A DNA stretch of 64,000 nt, taken from positions 128,001 to 192,000 of IMG/VR virus record IMGVR_UViG_3300023174_000048; one strand, given 5' to 3'. Below the pieces are notes generated by a model, which saw nothing but the letters and a program-made list of their open reading frames with translations, ran no database searches and was not told the origin of the DNA. Made by a program: the position numbers and the translations under genes. This DNA comes from a virus. Taxonomy: Duplodnaviria; Caudoviricetes. Every line of letters starts with the position of its first letter. The stretch's first letter is position 1. Shown here piece by piece: positions 10,488 through 20,895 of this stretch.

Positions 10488-11987
10488 TCAACAACTTGTA
10501 GTTCCGCCACATTGAACCGTTAATGTGTCAGTAGCAGTTTCTCCTGATGTTAAATTAGTAGTAATAACCCTTAATGCTCTTGTGTTGCTGTCAGATAAAT
10601 CTGAAGTTAAGCGAGTACCAAAGGTTATATTTCCATTAATGTCAGTAACGGCTATGCCGCTAATTGGTAAAGTACTGATTTTCCCATCACTGATTGTTGG
10701 TATAAATTCATATCTGTATGCTTGAGCCGGTGAGCCAACAATAGTAGCCGTTAGGTCTCTTGTTCCGGTGCAACAAGGATAACTCAAACTTAGTAACGGA
10801 GCATTAGTAAATCCTACAGAGTATTTATCGAGACAATTAGAACAAATAATAGTAGACTCTGAGCTAGATACTTTAGAATTATTACAGTCTTGAGTTAGCT
10901 CCATCTTTAATTTGCATATTTTTTCTAATCTAGCAACACCATAAGATAATAATGTATTTATTGAATATGGCTCAACCCCAATAGTGTTTTGTGGACATAA
11001 CCCTGTTGATGCACAAAACGACAGTCTAACAGATACTGTTTGGTTATCGCTAGTTGGTACAATAACTCCACTATTTGGATATAAAACAATTGGCCAATTA
11101 GCATCAGAAGTAAAAAATCTATAACTATACTTTTCTCCAGCCTTAAGATTTGAAAGAGTAGCAGATACTGTTGTTTTGCTAGTTGTGGAACTGGTCAGAG
11201 TAACAGAGTTTGGTAGTGAAACTGTTGGTTTTGTTAAACAATTATCACAAACTATTGAAAAAGAAGTTTGAGTTTTTGTTTGCAAAGCACTAATATCGAT
11301 AGGAGTAATAGTTAGCTTAATTTTACCATAAAGTTCATCTCCAGCATAACACTGGTTAGACTGTTGATACTTTAGAATATCGCTTTGTGATTTCTGACAA
11401 TTATCTGATGAATTGCAAAAAGAAGCTAAGGAGCTAAGAATATATGTTTCTTTTGTTGATTGTATTGTGCCAGATGATGGCAGAATACTAATGGGCCAAT
11501 TGCCATCAATTCCTTCAAACTTATATGTATATTCCTGATTTGGAATTAATCCACTAATAGTTATTGGTATATTGTTAGCATTTTTAGTACTAGCATTAAG
11601 AGTAACATCAGGAGCTGATATATCTATATTGGGTAAACAGGTGTCACATTCTACTAAACATGAACGACTATAAACAACGTTATTATTATTAGAGTTGGTG
11701 ATAACTAGGTCTAAAACAGTATATAATGTTGTATTATCAACAGACAATGTTGTTTGTTTAAGATTAGTTGTTGGAATGTTATAAAACACACTAGGGTCAC
11801 TTGGTGAGCATGAAGCGGCACTCGGACAAAAGTATGCATAAGAATTTAGTTGTGGAGGATAAAAAACTCCTGAACGAGGCATAATTTTTACTGGCCAATT
11901 CCCGCCTCTATTATTAAAAATAAAGTTATATTGTTCTTTATCATCTAATCCGTCCACAGATACATCTATAAGCTTGATTGTTGACAT
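10488..11987 (-). CDS. Cys-rich virion protein with three ~130-aa NWP repeats
   Basis: 499-aa ORF; repeats GGNWPVKIMPRSG, DGNWPISILPSSG, DANWPIVLYPNSG, each followed by FC-x4/5-C and C-x-x-C motifs. Confidence 0.75.
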   Translation of the reverse strand: MSTIKLIDVSVDGLDDKEQYNFIFNNRGGNWPVKIMPRSGVFYPPQLNSYAYFCPSAASCSPSDPSVFYNIPTTNLKQTTLSVDNTTLYTVLDLVITNSNNNNVVYSRSCLVECDTCLPNIDISAPDVTLNASTKNANNIPITISGLIPNQEYTYKFEGIDGNWPISILPSSGTIQSTKETYILSSLASFCNSSDNCQKSQSDILKYQQSNQCYAGDELYGKIKLTITPIDISALQTKTQTSFSIVCDNCLTKPTVSLPNSVTLTSSTTSKTTVSATLSNLKAGEKYSYRFFTSDANWPIVLYPNSGVIVPTSDNQTVSVRLSFCASTGLCPQNTIGVEPYSINTLLSYGVARLEKICKLKMELTQDCNNSKVSSSESTIICSNCLDKYSVGFTNAPLLSLSYPCCTGTRDLTATIVGSPAQAYRYEFIPTISDGKISTLPISGIAVTDINGNITFGTRLTSDLSDSNTRALRVITTNLTSGETATDTLTVQCGGTTSC

Positions 11988-12004
11988 TACATTATACCTT
12001 TTAT

Positions 12005-13222
12005 TTATGAGTCTTGTATATTTTTTATATCTACAGATGAATTTATCGAGCTTGGTGCCGAATAATTCTTACATGTTAACTTTAAAACATTACTATAGTG
12101 AATAATAGTAGGATAATCTTGATCAGTTAAAGATGCTCTTAATGTTATCGAAGGTCTATACCACGACTGTTTAGTTACGTTATTATTTTGAGAAACGTAT
12201 GTCAAAACGTTATTAGTATTACTAGGATACTGTTCTGTTGACGGGCAAAATACACCGTCTATTTTTATTGAATCTGTTGCTGAAGTAATTTTTATTAGTC
12301 CTGTTGGATGAGAAACATAATAAGGCCATGTTGCAGATAGTGACTCTATTGAATATCTATATGTTTTATTTTTACTAAAATTTGTCAAATTAACAGATAG
12401 TGTTTCTTTTTGGTTCTTGACTCTGTCATCCTCATTAGTAATACTAGAAGATATTATAGCTTGTGGCAAACAATCTATACACTTTATAGTAAACTCATTA
12501 CTTAATACAGAGTCTCCATCATATGATTGTGGCGTTAATTCAAGTTGTAATATTATGTGCTTATCATTTAAGTTAGAAACTAAACATGAAACAGGAATAT
12601 TATATTCTATATTTGATACGTTACAGTTCTGGGTTGTTGGAGATAGAGTCAGTATTGATTGTATTGATCCAGAAGTTGAGGTGGATCTTAATGTTCCACT
12701 AATAGGGGTTATATTGGCTGGCCAATTACTATTAATGGTATTGAATTTATATGAATATGTTTCATTAATCTGTAAATTATCGGCATTAATATTTAAAAAA
12801 CTACTATTGCCTGTCCTTGTATTTAAATCGACTGAATCAATACTAACTCTTGGTAATATATCGGGATCAGCAAAATTGGTTACTGTTCCACCTAATACTG
12901 GTATGCTAAGTGGCAGAAATGATGTGTCTCTAACAATAAAATAATATGATAGTTTAGAGTCTAGATATTCTAATGTTGAATCGGGGTGTGGAATATAAGT
13001 ATATTTTGTATTTCCTAATTCGTCAGTGGTTTCTGTTAGTTTTGTCCAAAATTTTAATATTTTACCATTAATGTCCTGACTACTATAAATACTCCCGATT
13101 GACTGAATAAATCTATCATATATAATCTTGTCTGTTGTAGACAAATTTTGTGGTTTAGTTTTTAATGGTAGTTGTGCTTTGCCATTATAGTGTGTAATAA
13201 AAAATTGGCTATTTATAATCAT
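12005..13222 (-). CDS. Virion protein with two NWP-type repeats (paralogue of 10488..11987)
   Basis: 405-aa ORF; SNWPANITPISGTL and ATWPYYVSHPTGLI, plus IKCIDCLP. Confidence 0.75.
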   Translation of the reverse strand: MIINSQFFITHYNGKAQLPLKTKPQNLSTTDKIIYDRFIQSIGSIYSSQDINGKILKFWTKLTETTDELGNTKYTYIPHPDSTLEYLDSKLSYYFIVRDTSFLPLSIPVLGGTVTNFADPDILPRVSIDSVDLNTRTGNSSFLNINADNLQINETYSYKFNTINSNWPANITPISGTLRSTSTSGSIQSILTLSPTTQNCNVSNIEYNIPVSCLVSNLNDKHIILQLELTPQSYDGDSVLSNEFTIKCIDCLPQAIISSSITNEDDRVKNQKETLSVNLTNFSKNKTYRYSIESLSATWPYYVSHPTGLIKITSATDSIKIDGVFCPSTEQYPSNTNNVLTYVSQNNNVTKQSWYRPSITLRASLTDQDYPTIIHYSNVLKLTCKNYSAPSSINSSVDIKNIQDS

Positions 13223-13251
13223 ATTTAATCCATTTATTTATGGTTTGTACT

Positions 13252-13264
13252 AATAATTACACCA
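13252..13264 (-). promoter_or_regulatory. GTGTA-led intergenic motif, copy 5
   Basis: TGGTGTAATTATT upstream of 12005..13222. Confidence 0.45.
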
Positions 13265-13265
13265 T

Positions 13266-14363
13266 TTAGATATTTGACATACATATAGAATCATTTAAAA
13301 CTCTGCCACCAAGCTTAATTATAGATACTTCTGGAATAGGGGCTGGTAAACTATCTTTTGCTAAAAGGGTTGTATTTTTAATAGGCAAAAAAATTATTAA
13401 ATTTGATAAACCAGTTGATACTTTTGGAATAAACTGTGCAATAATTTGATCTTTAACTTGATAGGTCCAATTATTATTCTGATCTAATACAGTATAAAGG
13501 GGAGACTCTATTGTTGTTGATTCTGTACTTGTGAAACATCCGAAAATTGTTGTTAAAGAATAAATTCCAGAATATTCAATAGAATTACCAATTTGTTGGT
13601 TTAATTCAAATACTGTGTCAGATACTATACTTTTAACCGTTATTATTGCGCTGCCTGATCCGCTATTCGCAAATACTATAATTATATTAGCATTTAATGT
13701 TACAGACTTACTGATAACTACTTTTGAGGCGGCTTCATCTATAGAAACAATTGACCCTAATAGTGTTCCGTCTTGCTTATATGCCAACATGCCAACAGAT
13801 AAGCTTGAGATATTAGCAAGAGTAATACTTGTTGATGATGATACTGCAGAAGATACTATTTTGGATACTCTGTTGAGTGATTGATCCAATCCTGGTCCTT
13901 GGATCGTTGATCCAACCATAACGGATGATGTTGATTCATTATTTCCAGTTATTTGTATTAAACTACCACCATTAGGTCCAAAATTAGAAGAACTAGAACT
14001 CAATAATTTACCTGTAACAGAAACCACAGATTCTGGATAACAAACTATTAATATATAATCAGTATATATGATAGTATTATTTGTGTCTTTTATTACTAAT
14101 CTTAATAGTGTTTTTGTTTGTGTTTTACGTAAAGATTTTATCTTAATAAATACTGTAGGATTAAATAAATTAGATCCAAAAATAGAATAAGAACCATTTG
14201 ATGGCTCAAAACTTATAATATTAGCCGGGCTCTGTGGAAGACTAACGGGAGTATCAAAATACAGTATATATTGATTCTTCTGTTTTAGATTAGATGGAGT
14301 TGGAAAGGATATAACTATCCCTTTTTCAGCCTCTTCTAAAGAATAATTAACAGTATTAATCAT
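13266..14363 (-). CDS. Hypothetical baseplate/fibre-associated protein
   Basis: 365-aa Ser/Ile-rich, beta-rich ORF within the operon; no family recognised. Confidence 0.65.
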   Translation of the reverse strand: MINTVNYSLEEAEKGIVISFPTPSNLKQKNQYILYFDTPVSLPQSPANIISFEPSNGSYSIFGSNLFNPTVFIKIKSLRKTQTKTLLRLVIKDTNNTIIYTDYILIVCYPESVVSVTGKLLSSSSSNFGPNGGSLIQITGNNESTSSVMVGSTIQGPGLDQSLNRVSKIVSSAVSSSTSITLANISSLSVGMLAYKQDGTLLGSIVSIDEAASKVVISKSVTLNANIIIVFANSGSGSAIITVKSIVSDTVFELNQQIGNSIEYSGIYSLTTIFGCFTSTESTTIESPLYTVLDQNNNWTYQVKDQIIAQFIPKVSTGLSNLIIFLPIKNTTLLAKDSLPAPIPEVSIIKLGGRVLNDSICMSNI

Positions 14364-14376
14364 ATATTATATCCAG

Positions 14377-14934
14377 TTAAGATTGTGTAGCACATTTAAT
14401 AGTAATAATTTTTTCAATTAATTTTTTACTATCTGTAATTGAAGATACTATGAATTTAAATATACTAATATTTTGTTGATTATTTGAAATAGATAGATTT
14501 ACTGGAACAACACCTTTTCTTACAGATATTGTTTCATTAGTTGTTGTCCCTGGTTTTGGGATTGTGTATTCAGAATACTTTACAGACTGTACGTTAATAT
14601 CTGTTGGTAATGAATTTGTTGTCAATTCAACAAGCTCAAAAGAATACTGATAAGGATCTAATTTTAATTTACTAACTTCAAATTCTAATATTCCACCTAA
14701 GCAACAGAAATTTTCTACTATATCATTTCCTACTATTGTATTCTCATAATTTAGTACAATTTCTGGAGTAGGATCAAAGCAAATTTTTTGAGCTATCCAT
14801 TCTACTATGGATCCATCGGTAAGTTTTGTATACAGTCTTCCAGTAACGCTATTTATTACTAATTCTCCAACTAAAACCTGATCGACACTTGGAAAGCCAT
14901 TACCGCTTTCGTCTCTTTTTAATAGTAGTTTCAT
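14377..14934 (-). CDS. Small protein with fibre-type N-terminal anchoring motif
   Basis: The ORF track starts it at 14943, but ATG at 14934 overlaps the upstream TGA (ATGA coupling). N-terminus KLLLKR...P...VGELVINSVTGRLYTK resembles the N-termini of the fibres at 51549..55841 and 55858..60723. Confidence 0.7.
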   Translation of the reverse strand: MKLLLKRDESGNGFPSVDQVLVGELVINSVTGRLYTKLTDGSIVEWIAQKICFDPTPEIVLNYENTIVGNDIVENFCCLGGILEFEVSKLKLDPYQYSFELVELTTNSLPTDINVQSVKYSEYTIPKPGTTTNETISVRKGVVPVNLSISNNQQNISIFKFIVSSITDSKKLIEKIITIKCATQS

Positions 14935-17420
14935 ACTGAACATACTCCTGTAAATAATACTGTTCCGAAATCCCAGTTGCTTAATTGATCTGTTTGTTGT
15001 TGAGAAACAGCATCAGGATCATCTTCTGGTAGAACATTACCAGAACTATAAATATAAGAAAAAGCGCTTTGACCAAAAGAGTTCCATGCTGATATTCTAT
15101 AATAATAATTTATTTTAGATGTTGTGCCAGTAATTGTTTCTGTAGTATTAGTTATTAATTGATCAAGAGCGGAAACTGCAGGATCATAACTTGGATAATA
15201 TTGCCAAGTTAATCCATTATCAGATGATTCTTCTATTGAAAAACCCAATAAATTGGAAGATCCATTTTGTCCAGCGACCCAAGATAGTCTTATATCTGAA
15301 TATTCACTATTATCAAATGTCCTTACTTGGGTTAGGCCATATGGGGCTTTTGGAACAGATAATCCTGGAATTATTGTTGAAGAAGCATTGGAATATTCTC
15401 CTATTCCGATAGCATTTTGAGCAGCAACTCTAAATAGGTATGAGGTCAATGGTGACAACCCAATTATAGTAGCTTTATTAGAATATGCATTTGCTCTATT
15501 TATATAAAAATTATTATCATTGGGAATATCTGTCCATGTTGATCCGCCATTAGTAGAAAATTGTATTAGATAATTTATGATCTGACTATTGCCATCACTT
15601 TCTGGAATAGTCCAAGATATAGAGGATTCAGCATTTCCTGACCCATTATTATCAGGGTCTAGTATCACGCCAGATGGTTTACCAGGTATTGTTGGATTAG
15701 TCTTTGGTACTCTTGATATTATTTTACCATTTTTATCAATAGTTAATAAAGCATTAGTTATATATTTATTACTATTATTTGATAATGGAGATGGTCTTAA
15801 ATAAATATCTTCAGCAATAATATTAGGACTATAAGTTGTTCTGTTAACTGTTAAATCAGCATAGTCATAAATATATCCTGTTATCGTCACCTCTCCGATT
15901 TTATAGGTTCCAGTTGGTAGTGAACTTATAACATATGCGCCGCTGGTATTAATAGAAACTTTTGCTCTAGTATCATAACTCCATCCTGAAGGATTTACTT
16001 TTTCTCTGTCTAAATACTTTGTGAAGTATACTCCAGAAGCTGGAGATCCGCTAGCTGCGTTTGGTATATTAGCATCTATTTTAAATGCAGGAACTAAACC
16101 AGAGGGAATATTATTTGTATTTAGTCCAAAAATATTTTCATCATAGTTTCCATATCTTGTTTTTCTTTGTCCATAAACAAGGAAGTCTATATTTTCACCA
16201 AGCATATTAAATGCCGTATAAGTATCTGGTCTTATACTGATACTATTAAGTGTACTTGGTTTAAATTTTAATTGACTAGCTGGTAGTTCTTCTTGTATAC
16301 AACTATATTGGTTCTTTGCAGTTCTTCCCAACTGCATGTCCATATATGCTCCCTTAGTAACAGAGAAAGCATAACCATTGCCTGAGTATGAAGTACCACC
16401 GGACCAAGGTTTTGGAGTACAAATTTTAATAGCTAATCCTTGCACTGTTTGATCAGGCTCTCCATCAGGATCGACAAAATCAACATCAAAATATAAATCA
16501 CTTAATGGAGTAATTAAATCAATAGAGTCTTGTTCAGCACCGTATCTAACTTCTGCTGCAAATTTTACAAATGTAATTTCTCTAGTATCATTACGCACCA
16601 ATTCAATAGTATCAAAACCCACCCCAAATTCTGCTTCTAATATATCTTGCGTTAATGCTGTTGAGCTTATGCTAGCATCTGCCCATTTGGGTTTATTTAC
16701 ATAAAATATAATTCTACCATCCTCAATCTTGATGGGTCTCTTTGAGAACCTATTCCACAAAACACCGTCCGCATTAAGATAGACTGCGGGAGACCATTGT
16801 GCGGGTTGGTCTTTTCCCATGTGTGTTAAAATATTCCCCTTATATCCTTCAAAATTTGGAGCTATTTGTACTCCTTCTGCTAATTTTGTTAAGGCATTGA
16901 TTGTAACGGTTGCTGGGATTTCTGTACCATCAATAGTTGCAGATGGAACGTACTCTATCTCTGGGAATGCTTTTATTTCATGAGTATTAGGATTATCAAA
17001 ATTTCCAGAACTAATATAAAGAGGTCCATATGGCTGGTTTGGCATTGTTAGAGCATTTAATCCAGTATTAAAAATTAATTTATTTCCAGGAATTGCTGCT
17101 AAGTCATTGTCTCCGGATCTGTATATCAACGATCCATCAGATCCAGGATAAGAAGGTACTATATTACCACTAGAGTCTATTTTACTCATGTTTTGATATA
17201 ACAGGTTTTTAGATCTTAACCCACTAGTATCAACATACCCTTGAGATACTAACTGAATACCACTTGCTCCAACAAGCCACATATTTCCACTAGCAGCCAA
17301 TTGGATGTTCTTATCTCCCAGGATATTATAATATTTTCCATCTATTTTTTTATTTCCGGTGTTAATACTAACTCCGGGCCAGCCGCTAGGTCCAATAATT
17401 GTATACCAGGGATTACTCAT
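14931..17420 (-). CDS. Tail/fibre protein with two C-terminal fibronectin type III domains
   Basis: Two FN3 signatures at about 15040-15690: PGKP...ISW..P...Y.IQ.S..GG.TW...GLSP.TSY.FRVAAQN..G and PKAP...LSW......F.IE.S.D.G.TW...YYYRISAWN.FG. Confidence 0.8.
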   Translation of the reverse strand: MSNPWYTIIGPSGWPGVSINTGNKKIDGKYYNILGDKNIQLAASGNMWLVGASGIQLVSQGYVDTSGLRSKNLLYQNMSKIDSSGNIVPSYPGSDGSLIYRSGDNDLAAIPGNKLIFNTGLNALTMPNQPYGPLYISSGNFDNPNTHEIKAFPEIEYVPSATIDGTEIPATVTINALTKLAEGVQIAPNFEGYKGNILTHMGKDQPAQWSPAVYLNADGVLWNRFSKRPIKIEDGRIIFYVNKPKWADASISSTALTQDILEAEFGVGFDTIELVRNDTREITFVKFAAEVRYGAEQDSIDLITPLSDLYFDVDFVDPDGEPDQTVQGLAIKICTPKPWSGGTSYSGNGYAFSVTKGAYMDMQLGRTAKNQYSCIQEELPASQLKFKPSTLNSISIRPDTYTAFNMLGENIDFLVYGQRKTRYGNYDENIFGLNTNNIPSGLVPAFKIDANIPNAASGSPASGVYFTKYLDREKVNPSGWSYDTRAKVSINTSGAYVISSLPTGTYKIGEVTITGYIYDYADLTVNRTTYSPNIIAEDIYLRPSPLSNNSNKYITNALLTIDKNGKIISRVPKTNPTIPGKPSGVILDPDNNGSGNAESSISWTIPESDGNSQIINYLIQFSTNGGSTWTDIPNDNNFYINRANAYSNKATIIGLSPLTSYLFRVAAQNAIGIGEYSNASSTIIPGLSVPKAPYGLTQVRTFDNSEYSDIRLSWVAGQNGSSNLLGFSIEESSDNGLTWQYYPSYDPAVSALDQLITNTTETITGTTSKINYYYRISAWNSFGQSAFSYIYSSGNVLPEDDPDAVSQQQTDQLSNWDFGTVLFTGVCSV

Positions 17421-17436
17421 GATTAATTTCCTCTAT

Positions 17437-20400
17437 TTAATTAAACCATCCAGGACCATTATTATTTGTATCACACCACCAAGGAATCTCATTATATGAT
17501 AGAGTGTTATCGGAACATAGCGAGATAGTATCTTCATCTAATCTTAATGGCTTAGCATTAAATGAACAACCAGCAGATATGCAACTCGCAACAGAGCCAA
17601 AAACAGAAGCATAAGGATTATTATATTGGGTTAATAGATTTATTGATGGAGATACTGTGGTTGTCCCTTGTGATGTAGGAGTATCTACCACTACTGGATC
17701 AGTTAACCCTGTAAAACTTTTTGCAGATCGTATGGTTCCGTCACCAACAACAATATGGTCAACATATAACCACCCACTAACACTAAGATTAGCATATAAT
17801 TTTGCTGCCGAACCTGTGATATCAATACCTGTAGCTATAATTTCTGGCTCACTACGCTTAATACTTACGGTAGATGTTCCTGTAAAATCGTTAGAATTAA
17901 CAGGACGATAGTAGGCTGCCTTATGCCATTCATTAAGATTGGGCAACCAATACTTTCTATACGATGACTTAACAACATTATAAGAATTACTTCCTATACT
18001 ATATATTGTATATGCTCCGACGCTTAAATTATAATCAATATCAGACTCACTTAGCGTAATACTTGCTCCATTATGTAGCCAATTAATGAATTTAATAGCA
18101 CTCAAGTAGCTAACAAAAACTACTGGTTTATCACCCATATTTGACTTTGTACTATACTCATATCCAGCATTACTAATACGAGTAATTCCTCCTTGAGCAT
18201 TACTACTCATTCTAATGTCATATAGTTCACGATCATTAATTTTTGCTACTGCATTTAAAAATGCACAGTATTGTGTATTTGTTACTTCGTATTTACCAAT
18301 ACGATAAATATTATTTACAACACCAAGATTATTAATAACTTGTTGAGAATAAACTGTTGGAGATCCTGCTGGGTTTTTAATATAAATAGGATTTAAATCT
18401 TCTATATTTTTAGGATTATTAACTCCAACAAAAGACATATTAAGACCATTTGTACTAGAGATATAAGTCTGGTCTGTTATACCTTGTAGACTAGCAATTC
18501 TAAACCCAACATAATTATATCCTGACGCTCTAATTAAGGACTCAATACTTTTTAAAACATTAGATCCTATTATGCTGTCATTTGCTGTAGAATAAGCTCC
18601 TCCCGCAATAAATTCTATACTATCTCTAGATTCTATTGCGTCTTGTTTTTCTATCCATTCAGCAGCATTACCGTTCTGATCGTATGTTCCATAGTAAGAC
18701 GGCAATCCATTAGTGCCCACACTAGACAATAATCCAGAAAAAATATTTCTACTATTATCATATGCGTAATTTGCAGATGAATACTGGTTTGATAATCCTA
18801 CTCCTGTAATATTAATTATTGTAGAAAACATATCCGAACGACCCGTGGCAAAACCCGAATAGATTCCAGAAGGTATTAATATTCTTCCTGTATTTGCTTT
18901 AATGAATAATGCTGGATCATCTCCAAGTCCATATACTGAGAAATTAATATCTTTTTGACCAGCATTAAATGTTGTATCTACTAATGGTCTAATGCTTAAA
19001 GTATTAGAAGATGAATTTGAAATTATTCCATCATCAACACTCTTAGTCATTGTTAAATATCCACCCTTAGTTATGGAGTAAATATTAACATTTGATGTTG
19101 TATTTTGTACGATACTTTCATCAACTAAAAGTCCAACAATAGCATTGCCATTTAACTCTAAACTAATAACTCTTCTATATAAATTAGATCCATTATATGA
19201 TATTACTATTTGGTCTCCAGGAGCAAACTCATCAGAAGGAACACTATCTGCGAAAGTAATTTGTCTTAAGCAAGCTGTTGCTGTTCGTGGAGAATATTTC
19301 GTCCAGACTATGTCTCTCTCAGTTAAGAAATAGTCATCTAGAGTATATATTCCAGTAATTGCTCCGTTTGCTGTTGTGCTCAATAATTTATTTGCTGGAA
19401 CAGGAATTCTTAATGATCCTGCTGAGTCAATACTGAGTGGACTATTAATTATTTTGCCACCAGAAACCATCAATAATCCGCTAGACCCTAAATTACTAAT
19501 GGTTATATTAGACGCATCAATATTTTGTGAAGATATGTTTGTTAAATATGATGTCCCTGTGGCATATAATGAGGCAGACGAGAATGTTATGGATGATTGT
19601 GGACTAACTGTTATTTGACTGCTACCATTAGTTAATAGTAGATTACCATTATTATTAATCTGTAATCTATTTCCACTATATCCAACATATGTAGAATCTA
19701 CTGTTGTTTGTATTGTTTTTATTCCTGTGACACCAGAAACTACTGTGATATCTAATGAGCCCTTTTCTCCATAAACTGTTGTATTGACTGCTCGTGATTC
19801 TATCTGGGCATAATTTGTTTGATTGCCTGTAGAGTTTTTAGCAGAAAGGTTGATCTGGGAAACTACGCTTCCACTAGTGATGTCTGTGGATGGTTTATGA
19901 TAAAGTGTTATATTTGCTGGATAACAAGATGTTCTATTCTCTAGTCTTAGACCCTCTTGACAAACCGTATTAACAATATGAAATACTGTTGATGGTCGTG
20001 AGCCTGAGGGAATGTTGATTCCTACTCTTCCGTCATAAGAAAAAAATAAATTTTTATTTAATGATCCACTTCCATAAACTATAAAATCACTACCATTACT
20101 ATTGTTATTAACAACAAATGGATATGTGCCGCTGGTCGGTATGATAGTATCTGCGGATGATGCTGAATTTGCTCCGATAAATACTCTTTGAGACCCTGAG
20201 TCCCAATACATTTCTGCATTATTGATGTCTGCACTCATTATAGAAAAAGTATCAGAATCATTATTTAATGACTGTACGCCCATTCTTTCTGGTGTCTTAT
20301 TATTTAGTACTACCCAATCCTTCCCTGTTGACGCCAATCTTGCATAATTATTAAACGAATCTAGTGTGCATACTAGCGAACCATCCTTATCATTTATAAA

Positions 20401-20892
20401 TAATGGGTTTGATGATTCTATTAGTTTTAATTCAATAATAATATTGTTTGACTGGTCTAATGATGGAAGATTAATACTGATAGATTTTGAAGAGCAGTCT
20501 ACAAGATACAAGGCGCTTATAGGATCTAAAGATAAATCTTTATCAATAACGATTGTGTTGTTTAGTCCTTTGTCAAAAGAACTTTGATTAGCAAATACAT
20601 AAAAATCATTACCAGAAGATGGAAAATCTACTGTATTGTTATTATTAGACGATGAAATAGTCTCAATTCTTTTAACAACAATATTACCAATATTATCAAA
20701 TACTATTTCTCCAACACCAGTTTCAAATAGGCGACTATTTAAGTTTCTGGCTATGTAAGGAATTAAATATCCTACATGATTGGTATTAAGAATATTATAT
20801 GTTTTTATAGCAGATACTGGCTTAATACCGTCATTTTCTATAACGAAATTAAATCCAATATTATCAAATACTCTTATTAGTTTGTTTGACAT
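17437..20892 (-). CDS. Fibre/baseplate protein with C-terminal FGE-sulfatase (C-type-lectin-fold) domain
   Basis: 1151-aa ORF directly downstream of the TMP. YGTYDQNGNAAEW, GFRIAS, YRIGKYEVTNTQYCAFLNAV, KPVVFVSY, YWLPNLNEWHKAAYY at about 17900-18720. Confidence 0.8.
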   Translation of the reverse strand: MSNKLIRVFDNIGFNFVIENDGIKPVSAIKTYNILNTNHVGYLIPYIARNLNSRLFETGVGEIVFDNIGNIVVKRIETISSSNNNNTVDFPSSGNDFYVFANQSSFDKGLNNTIVIDKDLSLDPISALYLVDCSSKSISINLPSLDQSNNIIIELKLIESSNPLFINDKDGSLVCTLDSFNNYARLASTGKDWVVLNNKTPERMGVQSLNNDSDTFSIMSADINNAEMYWDSGSQRVFIGANSASSADTIIPTSGTYPFVVNNNSNGSDFIVYGSGSLNKNLFFSYDGRVGINIPSGSRPSTVFHIVNTVCQEGLRLENRTSCYPANITLYHKPSTDITSGSVVSQINLSAKNSTGNQTNYAQIESRAVNTTVYGEKGSLDITVVSGVTGIKTIQTTVDSTYVGYSGNRLQINNNGNLLLTNGSSQITVSPQSSITFSSASLYATGTSYLTNISSQNIDASNITISNLGSSGLLMVSGGKIINSPLSIDSAGSLRIPVPANKLLSTTANGAITGIYTLDDYFLTERDIVWTKYSPRTATACLRQITFADSVPSDEFAPGDQIVISYNGSNLYRRVISLELNGNAIVGLLVDESIVQNTTSNVNIYSITKGGYLTMTKSVDDGIISNSSSNTLSIRPLVDTTFNAGQKDINFSVYGLGDDPALFIKANTGRILIPSGIYSGFATGRSDMFSTIINITGVGLSNQYSSANYAYDNSRNIFSGLLSSVGTNGLPSYYGTYDQNGNAAEWIEKQDAIESRDSIEFIAGGAYSTANDSIIGSNVLKSIESLIRASGYNYVGFRIASLQGITDQTYISSTNGLNMSFVGVNNPKNIEDLNPIYIKNPAGSPTVYSQQVINNLGVVNNIYRIGKYEVTNTQYCAFLNAVAKINDRELYDIRMSSNAQGGITRISNAGYEYSTKSNMGDKPVVFVSYLSAIKFINWLHNGASITLSESDIDYNLSVGAYTIYSIGSNSYNVVKSSYRKYWLPNLNEWHKAAYYRPVNSNDFTGTSTVSIKRSEPEIIATGIDITGSAAKLYANLSVSGWLYVDHIVVGDGTIRSAKSFTGLTDPVVVDTPTSQGTTTVSPSINLLTQYNNPYASVFGSVASCISAGCSFNAKPLRLDEDTISLCSDNTLSYNEIPWWCDTNNNGPGWFN

Positions 20893-20895
20893 ATA

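Noticed and set aside
9590-18720. Diversity-generating retroelement targeting the FGE/C-type-lectin-fold domains
   Set aside because: No reverse transcriptase and no near-identical TR/VR pair differing at adenines seen in this window. The two domains differ throughout. A DGR elsewhere in the genome cannot be excluded.
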